From: Basidiobolus meristosporus CBS 931.73 | Taxonomy: Eukaryota > Fungi > Basidiobolomycota | Direction: 5' to 3' | NCBI GenBank assembly: GCA_002104905.1 | Contig: MCFE01000331.1 | Location: 29,075 to 93,074 of the forward strand | DNA length: 64,000 bases | Shown: positions 1 through 11,354 of the stretch, in pieces | Position numbering within the stretch: position 1 is the first letter of the stretch | Layout of the letters: each line of letters starts with the position of its first letter | Made by a program: the position numbers and the translations under genes | The notes under the pieces: generated by a model | Told to the model about the DNA's origin: nothing | Databases searched by the model: none | Seen by the model: only the letters and a program-made list of their open reading frames with translations

Positions 1-520
1 TGGTTAACGCTGGAAGTGGTTGTGGCTAGCCTCGAATGGAGAAAGTACCTGTCTCGTTGCTAACGTTCTCCTCTTTCTTCAACATCCCACAGCAGCAAGA
101 ACGACAAGATGCTATGCAGTGCACCCAACCCCCCACCAGCTTATATATCCACGCACCAGGCCAAGCTTTCGTGTAGAAGCCAATCTTGTGAAGTGCCGTG
201 GTGCGAGGGTTTCCTTTCCTGGCGCTCTACTTGGAGACTTTCCATGGATGCCGAGGCCTAGTGGTACGGATTGGCCTAAACGATCTCAAGCTTAACTTTT
301 CTTCCTGAAGAGCAAATTACCTCCGTTCTAGATAAAATTAAGCACTCAGGTGATTGGAGGAAAGGTGGGGTTTGTTGGGACGAAGATAAAAATATCCCAA
401 GAGGCAGCCTCGTATTGGTTGGCCCGATCAGCCTGGATATCCAGCATCCGCCAAATACGGGACAGAACTATTGTCCATCGTCGCTTAATCCATATTTTGG
501 TGGGATGGAGATACGGTAGC
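1..520 (+). CDS. Partial spliced host gene, product unknown (5' end outside window)
   Basis: Branch/acceptor GCTAAC...CACAG ending at 92. A candidate intron 264-310 (GTACGG...CTTAAC...GAAG) joins the 20..295 frame to an open frame QITSVLDKIKHSGDWRKGGVCWDEDKNIPRG...; the 3' end is uncertain. CpG-rich like the neighbouring genes. Confidence 0.4.
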
Positions 521-712
521 TACCCTGGGTTCAACGATCGCGCATGAGCGCAACCCAACTATCCCTGAAAATCGAGATAATTGGACCCACGTAGGCCTAT
601 CCCGTACTGAACACAGTGCGCTACTTACAATCTGGTGGTTCCCAATTGGCGGATGGCTCCTACACCAATTAATACCAGAACCTCCACCACCCTCCTCTTG
701 CGTCTGGCATAA

Positions 713-757
713 GGGCAATGGTGGGCAATGGTGGGCAGTGGTGGGCAGTGGTGGGCC
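713..757. repeat. 10-bp tandem repeat (GTGGGCARTG) x~4.5
   Basis: gggcaatg gtgggcaatg gtgggcagtg gtgggcagtg gtgggc read directly from the sequence. Confidence 0.9.
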
Positions 758-1445
758 ATCGATGTGCGGTATGCTGGCCTGATCCAAACAGTTATCCCAG
801 GACGGACGTGATTGACGGCTGGATGTCCGGCTCAGCAGAGAGAGTTCGAGTCCAGAGGCCGCTGCAAAACAATGATGTAAGCATTACCTGCGAGGAGCCG
901 GTGTAGGCCCAAGGGGAGTCCGTTTTCCTTTTGCACGGTGCACAGTGCGCCTATCTGCCAACCAACCTCGAGTCGGATCAATTCTGAGACTGGATAAAAT
1001 TGGTGCATCCGAGCACTGTTTCACCGTGGTGGTTGTCTGGGAAGATTGGAGATATCAGCAGCCGCGAATTGGCCAGCAATTTGACCATTTATAGCTAAAT
1101 GTGGCTGGATTTCATGTCTCCCTTCTCAAGGGACCGCTGAATCCCAGTGCACCTGCACACTCCACCCTTGTTAGATACCTGGCAAACATCAGTGGCCCGT
1201 CAACACCGCCATATCATATGCGTATCAGAATCCGATCATAGGCACACATGGATTTCTTGCCCATTCGGGAAGATTTACTAGAATAGTAACCGCACTATCA
1301 ACGGTGGTCGTCTGTTGGCAGACACGCCCCTCAGATACATCAGAAAGCCGGGACATCGCTCAAGCAGAGCCTGTTACATAGAGATCATTGAAAGAAACAA
1401 ACCATACTACAAGCACCGATATCCATACATGAGCGAAGAAAGGGG

Positions 1446-1826
1446 TTACGAAGTATCCGCCTCATCTGAATGGGAAGGGTCAGATAAGTCCGTTTCGTCC
1501 AGAGGCCCCGATTCCTCCAGTATCTTCCAACAATCTATGCATCTCGCCATCTCACGAAACCTGCGCTGGTTCTTACGAAACTCGGCGAGGGGCTTCTCCT
1601 TTCCGCACACGATGCAGAACATACTGGAGCACACTCTCGCGGTGCACTTCTTGCAACTTGGGGGCTTTCGTTTGCCGCTGTGCCCGTGGCGGTAGTGTCG
1701 CGACATCGCCAATTGGGATTTGGAGAAATCGGCGGGTGGCTTGGTGAGTTTACAACAGAAGCAGTAGATGTGGTCGATTGTGGAGGAGGCTGGCCTCTTC
1801 TTGGTGCGAGAGTTGAATTTCCCCAT
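1446..1826 (-). CDS. Stc1-domain tandem zinc-finger protein (~126 aa from MGKFNSR)
   Basis: Two repeats of C-x2-C-x3-K-x4-F-(S/R)K-x-Q followed by C-x2-C (CFCCKLTKPPADFSKSQL...CKKC; CIVCGKEKPLAEFRKNQRR...RCIDC) and an acidic tail. This is the pattern of the Stc1 domain (S. pombe Stc1 family). A possible small terminal intron near 1448 was not resolved. Confidence 0.8.
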   Translation of the reverse strand: MGKFNSRTKKRPASSTIDHIYCFCCKLTKPPADFSKSQLAMSRHYRHGHSGKRKPPSCKKCTARVCSSMFCIVCGKEKPLAEFRKNQRRFREMARCIDCWKILEESGPLDETDLSDPSHSDEADTS

Positions 1827-2257
1827 CTTGACGGCTTCTTCGTGGTGATCGCTATTTATATCGGGTGCGCATTGATTCAAAATAACCTTTGCTGAGGTAA
1901 ACTAACTGATTTCCATGAGATGGGTCTTTATTGATACGTCTGCACGGATGCCATCTAGTTGGACATCACCGCAGTGTGTCACTGATCAACGATAATAGAA
2001 TATTTGATGCGGATGAGGGGTCCCAATCATCACACATTCTTTGCATTCCTTCGCTAGGCTTCTAGGTTCAGAGCGGCGAGTTGGGGAGGGGTCTGTTATA
2101 CACAGGGGCTGCGTGTATGGGAATAGGATGCTGCATGCTCCAGGAGTCTAGAACCGACGCTCATTGGTAAAGATTCCAACTGAACTTGACGTAAACAAGA
2201 TAACCATGATACAAGGCGGCCATGGACAACGGATGAGCGGCAATCACCAGAGGGTTG

Positions 2258-4024
2258 CTAAAACAAGTATTCGTTGACAAATTCAGTGGAGCCGGAGAGC
2301 TCGTCCAAGTCAACGATCCTCCTTGAGAAGACGTTCTGCGGTTTGTCGCAGTTGAGCCGGTGCCAATCAAAATGGTCGTCGCAGGCAACTGAGCCGGGCA
2401 TGTTTTTCAGGCCTTGGTGGGACCAGGTAGCGTTGATGATGTCATAATGTCGATGGAAAAACTTCTCCACGCATCCGGCGCATTGGCGTAACTCGTGGAC
2501 GTCCATCTCCTCGCAGCTTGGATTGCTACATTTGATCTGGGGCATGTTTAGTGGGAAGTAAAAGGATGCCCAGTCGAATCCAAACGTCGATTACCTGGCG
2601 GTGAAGCTTGAACGAGTAAAGGTGTCGATGCTCCGGGTTCTCAACCAGATGTTGCGCCAGATGGCCCTTTCCATCGCATATGATCGCACTGGGAACCAAT
2701 TAGTCGGCTACGTGGCAAGTTCACTGGAGGTGCTACTTACTTGCAGTCAAGACAGTAAACCAAATTCCATCGAACCCCACAATCGACGCACTTGGGGTTC
2801 TTTATTTTCCGGATCTCCAAGCAACTAATCAAGCCTGTATTAGTAGGTTCGCAAACGGCCAGCAAGCCTAATATACTCACCGGTGATGGTAATCTCGGAG
2901 TTTCTTCGAGTACACCTCTTTTTTCCCGGTTTCTTCGACGGGGACGTTGATGCAATGGATGGGCAGATGCCCTAGCTTCTTGCATTTCCAGCTGGGGGTG
3001 TAAAAACATTAGCGACGAGCAGTCCAAAGAAATCCCCTCGTCGGTTGAGAACATACCAAACTTCCCCGCCCAAGCGGTTCTCCCGATCTTTGTATTTCCC
3101 GGCACGGGCGTCCCAGATATCCCGAGTGGAAACCGCATGACTCGAACCACCGGCGGGCGTCGACTCGCGAGGAGACGCCGGGCTCTCTTCCGAGTCCTGT
3201 TGGCGATACCGTGCTTTTTGGGTGAAGTCGTCTTCCTCACTATCGTCCGAATACAGAGCAGCAATAGAGTTGATCCCGTCGTAAGGATTCGTTGAGTGAC
3301 TAGATTCGACTTGAGTCTCCTCTTCGGAAAGGGGGACTGTCTCTTCCTCCTCGCTCTCGTCGCTCAGAAGCCCGAAGTAGTTTCTGGGCTTTTTGCGAAC
3401 CTGCGAGGCTTCTTCAAGCTGTGGTTTGGTATGAGTCGTCCCGTGCTTTGGTGGGGCCTCGTAAACCTGATATCCAGGAAAGTAGGGGGTACTCTCCTCA
3501 CTGGCATCCCTACTAGCCGATATGGATCTTTTAGGTAGTGGGAGAGGTTGATCCAAGTCGTTTGAGGAGGTGTCGATCTCTGGATGAGCTGGCGAACGAG
3601 GTTTTGGGTCCTTCAGTCGGTAAGTGGTCTTTTTCTCTTCATCCTGAACCAGCGGGTTGCCTCTATCTAGAAGAGGATTAGGTTAACAGAGGTTCAACAG
3701 CTTCTGGTCGAGACTGACCGGCGAGTCCAGAAAAGTCCGTCTTTTCCCGTCAGGTACCTTGTTTCTGAAAATATCGATGGGCCACCTTTTTCTTCGCGTT
3801 ATCTTGTAACACGGTCCCGATGATCTCCCCCTGATCAAGTTGCTCTAGGGAGTTTTCTCCGTATGTACTGCCGTAAAGCTGGTTTGGGTCCACCTCTCCT
3901 GTGAGTATCTTGTAACTCTGGAGGTTTTTGAGGAGATTCTTCGCTTTGGTATCCCAACGACGCATTCTGGCGGATTGAGCACGTCCACTAATCCCCCGTG
4001 GTACATGATTACTTGGCCTTGGCC
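2258..4024 (-). CDS. Multi-exon zinc-finger protein: acidic disordered region + CCHC zinc knuckle + UPF1-CH/ZnF-UBP-like Cys/His cluster
   Basis: Phase-consistent GT-AG introns with branch-site-like motifs at 3667-3757, 2992-3056, 2825-2880, 2689-2740 and 2537-2594. They join ORFs 3750..3965, 2972..3556, 2737..3264 and 2258..2545. The spliced product contains CWKCKKLGHLPIHC (CCHC) and KCVDCGVRWNLVYCLDCNAIICDGKGHLAQHLVENPEHRH...IKCSNPSC. The start codon and 5' exons were not resolved. Confidence 0.75.
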
Positions 4025-5589
4025 TTGGTCAGAATCTTGCCTGATCTCGTCTGATCCCGTTATCGACATCGTGAGGTTGGCCAATAATCCATAATAATCC
4101 TGATCCAGTGGTGCATATAAATCCGCACTTGTCTGGATTGGTTTTTGATTGGGCAGAGTATAAATTGCATGAACACTAACCCTTGAGTTTAACTCTGAAC
4201 CCTAACCCTATCGTGGACACACCGATTGTTCCATCATGAGCTTTCTATCAGCTGCGAGTTGATTGAAACAGGCTATGCAAGGGGTTGGGTGATGTAAATT
4301 AACCGCCATAGCCTCTAACCAAATCAACGGTCAGGTCTATACCGGTATTCGGTACCCAGGCTTCCCTCCAACACAATCCTATTGGTACGGTTGGTATGCT
4401 TGAGGTGCATAGGGGAGGGGTTATTGGGATTTGCCCTACAGGAGCTTAGGTGGCCTGTGTTGACTGAGTTCGCAAATGGTCGGGCGTTTCACGCGTCCAC
4501 ATGGTCTGGGATTCAATCAATATGTCTAATTGGAGAGCTCGACCAACTCCACTTGGATCAGGCCAGTGTACCATGGCGCACTCAGAGCCGACAGTTCATT
4601 CCTGTCCCCTGAAAGTAGTATGGGCGTTTCGCCGTAAAGGACTCGTTCGATATAGCCAACTCCCAACTCTTAAGGGGATCGGCTATTGGGATTGGTGGGT
4701 TTGACAATCAATTTTGTGGCATGTTCATTGGTACCATTTCTACCACTTGGCCTTGGTCTTGATTCTCCGGATGGGGTCGATCAGTCCGCTAACCAGAGAG
4801 CATTCTGCTTGGTGTGATATTTGCTCCCGGGTCTTATGTTGGACATATGCATTGCCGTCAGCACCCCACTTTGCAATGGATCATTTCAATTTCCGTTTCA
4901 CTTGGTAGGTTTGAGATCAATGAGTTTAACCTACCTCCGTGATTCCCCACCGCAATGGATGGATCATTCTAGATACTTTCTTATTTCTGCATGGACATGG
5001 CACCAGGTGATATTCTCCCCTGCTGGCTTAATCCACAATCCCCTATTACACGAACCGGCAAGATCCAATCCCAAGCTCCGGACATGCGAGTTTCCGTCCA
5101 CCAGAGTCTTACGTGAGCAATCCAATCGCAATCCATTTGGCCTGGAGATCCAAGGTGTATACCAGGCCGATACTTGGGAACTATTGAATCCCCAGTGTGA
5201 CGGAAGCCCCCAGACATGTTTCAGCATGCAATTCGCATTGATCAACGTGGTTTGTGGTGATAACTCAACCCGGAGCATCATGTAGGTGGTAGAGTTGCAA
5301 CTTATATGCATTTGGTAGCAATCAGCAGGAAGGGTATCTTAAATTCGTGCTTGGTCAGCCAGATGTCCAAGTTCTTACTTGGCTTGCGTAACCTAATTAA
5401 AATGGCTAGGCTGCTTGCTAATCTCTACTTTTTTGATATCTGCACTCCAAAAGATACCCTCACCTGGCTAACTCTGTTGCAACTTGCTAGTTTGGTGCCC
5501 AGAATCTTGATTATAATACTGTGGTCTCTAACAATGATTTTGGAGCTTGGCAATATTGGAAGCCATGGAAATAGCTGTTAAGACTGCTG

Positions 5590-5910
5590 TATGTTGCAGG
5601 TGTTTTAAAGTTTGTAATTACACCTAAATACTCCCTTACCTAGGTCACTTGGAGAGAGTTTTGGCCAAATTCCTTGTCAGAATTTACTTACAATGCTTTC
5701 ATCAAAATGTCAGACCCCCAGGACATGAAAGAATCTCAAAGCTGTCCAGATGGCCCCAAAGTTTGCACACATGCACTTGATCTTGTAAGATTTTTGGAGA
5801 TGTTGGAAGTGCTTGGGAGAACAAGTAGATTATGTGGCTTTCACTTAATGATTTACTGAATGTAATAGTAATAACTGTACTTTTACATGGTCTTGGCAAA
5901 ATAAACATAC
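5590..5910. repeat. Two degraded copia LTR fragments in head-to-head orientation
   Basis: 5590-5778 resembles the 5' part of LTR 13010-13359; 5780-5910 resembles the reverse complement of its 3' part. Confidence 0.65.
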
Positions 5911-6157
5911 AGAATGTGCTTAAGAAGGACTCAATTGTTGCAAATTTTCAGCTTGGGCAACATTGCCACTGATCATGTTGTAAGTACCCTGTATGTTGGC
6001 AAACATATTCAGCATATACTCTTAAAAGGAATTTGGGCAAAATTCTTTGAGGTTTGTATACTTCTACAAAAGCAACCAAGTCAAGCAACTATTTAGGTGT
6101 AATTGCAAAGCTTAATACTCCCACCCCACTGAGCAATCTTATTTACTAGGCCTATGT

Positions 6158-7725
6158 TGTTGTAAAAACTTGTAACTTCATCTAAATACTTACCTAACTT
6201 AGTCACTTAGATCATTACCTACAAATCTTAGAGAATACTGACCAAATTCCTTGTTGGGAGTTACTCAGAATATTTTACCAAAATATCAGGTACCCAGAAC
6301 ATGAAAATCATCAATGTTGTCCAAACAGCCCCAAAATTTGCACACATGCTCATGAGACCTTGCTGCATCTATTTTTTGTGTTTTACACCAGGACCATGTA
6401 AAAGTATAGATACTACTTTTACACTTCATAGATCATTAAGTGAAAGCTGTTGTCAGAGTCTTGGAGATTTTGGAAGTGATTGAAAGAACAAGTAGATTCA
6501 GTGGCTTTCACTTAATAATACTTTTAGATGGTCTTGGCATGGCTAACATATAGAATTGGCTCAGCAAGGTCCCAAGAGCATGTGTGTGAAGCTTGGGGCT
6601 GTTTGGACAATATTGAGAATTCAAATGATCTGAGTACCTGATATTTTGGTGAGAATATTCTAGGTAAATCTCAACAAGAAATTTAATCAGTATTCTCTAG
6701 AATTTGTAGGTAAAAATCCAAGTGATTAAGTTGGTGGAATATTTAGGTGGAATCACAAAATTCTACATTGAAAACCACATAATCTACTTGTTTTTTCAAG
6801 CACTTCCAATATCTCCAAGACTCTTACAAAAGTCTATGAGCCTCAAGCTCTCACACTCTGTAATGTCCACTGCTGCTATTATTGGACTTTTCCCCTCTGC
6901 TGTAAAGTTGGTGGATCTAACTATCAGGTCTGGAAGGTGAAGATGAAGTTGCTGCTACAGGAAAGTGGCCTTTGGGATACTGCTATAGGTGAGGAATGCC
7001 CTCCTAAAAGCTTGGGAGAAGGAGCCTCAAAGTACCAGAAGAAACAACAAAGTGTTTTTGCTGCATTTGCTTTGATGTTAAAGACAAATTGCTAACTCAA
7101 TGCTCCATAGCAAAAACAGCAAAGAATGCCTGGAAGGCATTAGAAGACACATTCCAGCCATGTTCAGCTGCTAAGAAAGTATATCTTAGAAGAAAATTGT
7201 TTATTACAAAAATGCTGCCAGGAAAAGATGTGAAAAATTCAATAAGCAGAATTATGCTGCTATGCGGTAGGATGAAATCTGAGGGCATGCCAACTACTGA
7301 TGAAGATTTAATAGTTATCATTTTGAATAGCCTGATAGCCAGGTTTCTGGGTCTTGAGTCAGCCCTGGAGTCCTCAACTGAAGATTTTGCCAGCTGCTGG
7401 ATGAAGAACTCAGATAATCAAGTGCTAACAACAAGTAAGAAGAATATACTGTAATGAGCAGTTATAACCAGCAATGAAGGAACCTAAGATACTTGAAAGG
7501 TAACAGCAATCTGCCTTGCAACTACTGCAAAAGGAAAGGACACCCATTAGACTGGTGCCTCAACAGGAAAGATAATCAGCAAAAGAACCCTGAATTAAGG
7601 AATGCTGCAACAACTGAAGATGGATTACTCATATCTGAACTATATATGACCACCAATAAGGACTCTCAGATGTAGGATATTGACTTTGGAGCATATCAAC
7701 ACTTCACACCCAAAAAAGAACTACA
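6158..7725 (+). mobile_element. Ty1/copia 5' fragment (LTR 6158-6831, degenerate PBS, decayed gag to start of protease)
   Basis: LTR begins TGTTGTAA. gag starts at 6863 (MSTAAIIGLFPSAVKL..NYQVWKVKMKLLLQ; LEDTFQPCSAAKKVYLRRKL) and contains the knuckle CNYCKRKGHPLDWC. A protease remnant D.GAYQHFT lies near 7690-7710. Frameshifted. Confidence 0.85.
6448..6767 (-). repeat. Copia solo LTR inserted in inverted orientation inside the same-family LTR
   Basis: Starts TGTTGTCAGAGTCTTGGAG (reverse complement of the LTR 3' end). The host LTR resumes at ~6768 (TGAAAACCACAT). Confidence 0.8.
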
Positions 7726-8353
7726 AATGTATGACCATGCTATTGCCATGGCACCTGATGGACTCATAGTAAATAAGTACTCTACCAGCAAATCCTGCTG
7801 GCCACTGATTTGCATCAATCTGAATCTGCTATCAATCCTATAGTATTAGAGCCCAAGTCTGATGGTAAGCTCATCAATATCTGTGCCTAAATCATCATCC
7901 AGCCAGGATTGCTACCTGCATTCATTGCTGGATAAGTTTTGTATGCTCTCTAACAGGATCCTAGTAAATTCCCTTCATATCAAAGCACATATTCTTATCT
8001 GCATTGAAGATACCCAAGCCTTCAGCAAGTTAGCCAGCTTTTCTGGGTACAATGGATGGCATTGTTTTCCAGTGTATGAGATCCAGGGGATTTTTTCCAT
8101 AACTCACACAAATTATTATTATCCAAGCACTACACTAAGAACATCATTTTCTTGCAAAGAGAATGTATGAAAGTCAGCATGCATTTGCATCAAGAATATA
8201 ACCTTCAAGTCTGTGATGGGCGTGATGAGTTGACATATGGAGGACTGTCAATAAGAAATAGAAAGAACTGAGGACATATGTGCATATAGAGACACCTATA
8301 CCTTGGCACTATGAAGCTCATCAGCCCCAATGTGTGGGTTGTCAGTTATGTTA

Positions 8354-11300
8354 TCCTATGAAAAATTATTGTATGATCCCAAAAGGCCATTGCAAATATC
8401 AGGTCCCATAACTAGGAGGTATTGATCCCATCAGGACACCATGCAAAGACCAATAAAAAATAATTGCACCCCAGATATCACAAAAAACTTGGTCAAAATT
8501 TTTCATGAAGACAATACAAAAGTGGCTTTTGATTGGTTCTCTTCCAATTTTCTCACTTTCTGATCCTGAACACTCTATCACCTCCTATATTTGTGTGCAT
8601 TAATTGGCTATTGCCCCTTTATCACACTCCTTACAACCCAACTCTACCGTTCCTCTTAATCTTCATGCATACAAATTGATTTATTTCCGTTGAACTTCAA
8701 TTGTACCTCAATTGCCAAATGTATAGACCTATATAAGTCCCTATATCATACACTAACATTAAGCCCAACCCCACACTCAACAAGTAACTCAGTTGATATC
8801 CACCACACAATAAGTATTACTTCTGTAATGCTTTTTTTCCATGACTTTCAAGCCCTATGGCTTTATGCCACTGTTCATTCACTGGTTCCCATATATCCTG
8901 GTTTTCAGCCTGCACTACAAGTTCTAGCTACTCATCTACCAATCTTTACAATAAATCCTTGCAATATTCAAGTGCTTTTTCTTGCGCACTGCTCTTGAAG
9001 AAGTGCTGCAACCTCTTGGTGTGCCTGTTAATGTTCCAAAATTCCACTAAAGGCATCGTGACAACCCTTTGGGTTCTGATGTTGTTACTTTGTCTGTCAG
9101 TAGGATCTCCACTCTGTCAACAATGGAGAATGTGAAGGCTGTGGTAGACAAATTGCCTATTGCTACAAACTCATCTACCTCACTGGAGTGCAACTCAACT
9201 GGCTGAGCTTCCAACTCTTGTTGAAACAGCTGTTTTCTTGTTGATGATTCTTCTTGGCTATGATGGGATTCAGTCTGTTCTGGGCTTACAGCATTAATTG
9301 ACAAAAACTGCAGCTTTTTTCTCACACTTCCCTGTGTCCAGCTTGGATAGACTTTTTCCCTTTACCTTTTCCTTGATCACTGCCTGGTCTTTTACTGTTA
9401 TTTAGACTGAGTACTTCTCAAGTGGAATTACCCTTTTTCCTTGGTAAACTTTGTGCTGGTGCATCAGTGTCTGCCTGCTTTTTCCTTATTGGCACTCTTC
9501 CAGCTACCTGATGTCCCATTGATGCTTATTTGGAGCTTTTGGCCCTGCTTGTAATGGGCTCTTGAGGATGCTGCTGGTTTTTTGCCATTGCACCCTTGTT
9601 CTTCTGCCTTTGATAGTTTCTGCTATTTCTGAGATACTTTCTTGGCATACCAGTGCTGGCCTAAAATCTATTACTTGTTTGAGTCCAGGATAATGCTCAT
9701 GAAATAAGTCAAGCACATTTGGCTTGGCCTTGCGTTCTAGATGGTTCCATGATATGCCAGCCTAAAGGTGTTGGCATGCTAGACTTCTAACAGCCTCTTG
9801 AATATTATCCCACTCTTCATTATTGCACTCAATGGCTACACAGATCTTCAATGTCTTTTGATTTTTATGCTTTGGGATAAACACTACATTATCTCCCTCC
9901 CATACTGTGTTAGGTTTTTCTGTGGGCATTAACTTTGGGCACTGTTGTTGTGCTTCAAAGACTGTATGGTGTTCCTCTGCTGTTACATTGGGAAATGGCA
10001 CAAATTCTTGGCTGTGACATTGAGATACTTGAGTTCCTTCTTTGCAGCAATGATACTGCTTTCTCCACCTGAGATATTGATTGCTCCACACCTTTTATCT
10101 ACAGATCCTCTTTCTGGACTATTTCCTGACTTAATGCTTTGGTATGAGCTGACAACATACTTGCTAATACAGATGGTGAAAATGTTATGACAGCCACTTG
10201 CTAGTCTTCCACTGAAGGTACTGCGTTTGCTACATTCCAATCTGCCTTAGCATTATGATCAGCTTGTGGCTTTGCAGGGATTCCCAATTGCCTATTTGAT
10301 TGAGTGTCTGAGGTATCTGCATAAGCATATTGCAAGATGTTTATGTTACCAGCAATACAAGGTATATAACAGCTTTGCAAGTTTCATACTAAAAAGCTGT
10401 AAAGTTGAGGTGATAGAAGTTTGTCAGTTGCAGCAGGTGTGCATGCTTCTAGAGGTTAGTAAGCAGGAGGCCATAGTATTTTTTGATTTGAACTATATGG
10501 TAAATACCCAAGATAGTAGTGGGTAAGCAAATAAGGAGGGGCAATTTTGCAGTGGAATATATGAATTGGGCAAGGGGAGGTAGAAAAAGTAAATACCATT
10601 TGGTAAATTGGTACAGTAGCATTATACAGACTAGCTGTGGGCTGTCATACTACTGTGATAATGCCATTAGAGGCTTGCAATGGGCCCATCAAAACACTGT
10701 CACATTTTTTGCCTTATCAGGCAAATGCATGTACTGGCCAGTTAGATCCACTCATATAGTTGTATAGCACAATAAGACTGCAACAATGCCATGCCACACT
10801 TGGTAAAGCACTGTTCAAACACCATTATGTTTTTAACTTTATATAACTGTAAAATTAGCCAAGTGTTGTTGTGGTTCCATCATAAGATTGTTTTAATGGT
10901 CATTAATTCCAAGTTGCTGGTACCATTGTGGTCTCTTGACAGGATCTTTATGTTGTAAAGATTTGTAATTCCACTTAAGTATTCACCTAACTGAGTTGCT
11001 TAGATCATTACTTTCAAACCCTAGGGAATACTAACCAAATTCCTTGTTGCAATTTACCTAGAATATTTTCACCAAACATCAGGTATCCAGAACATGAAAA
11101 CTTGCAGAGTTGTCCAATCAGCCCTAAAACTTTGCATACATGTCATTGGGACCTTCCTTAGCCTATTCTGCATGTTTGTAATGCCAAGACCATGTAAAAG
11201 TATAAGCACTAAATTGACAATAATAAATCACTAAGTGAAAACCACATAATCTGCTATTTCTCCAAATCACTTCCAATATCTCCAAGACTCTTACAACACT

Positions 11301-11354
11301 TAATGGCTGATCTGGTTTGGATACACCTGCTGGACCAAATTATTTTTCTTAAGG
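8354..11354 (-). mobile_element. CMC/EnSpm-like non-autonomous deletion derivative (lacks most of the transposase)
   Basis: Ends TCCTATGAAAAATTATTGTATGATCCC and GGACCAAATTATTTTTCTTAAGG match the TIRs of 52169-58340. The flanks are TA/TA (or TTA/TAA). Internally it jumps from the ~56110-equivalent to the ~53270-equivalent position near 10300. Confidence 0.8.
10951..11298 (+). repeat. Copia solo LTR (348 bp)
   Basis: TGTTGTAA...TTACAACA termini; 5-bp TSD CTTTA/CTTAA with one mismatch. Confidence 0.9.

Noticed and set aside
4196-4210. CCCTAACCCTA telomere-like motif
   Set aside because: Only about two units; expected by chance.
4964-5311. Faint resemblance of the minus-strand ORF (LRVELSP...W..RPNGL) to a rhabdovirus glycoprotein, suggesting an endogenous RNA virus in 1-5.3 kb
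   Set aside because: No long frame, signal peptide or TM segment. The neighbouring ORFs resolve into intron-containing host genes. 4100-5300 remains unassigned (possibly 5' exons or another spliced gene).
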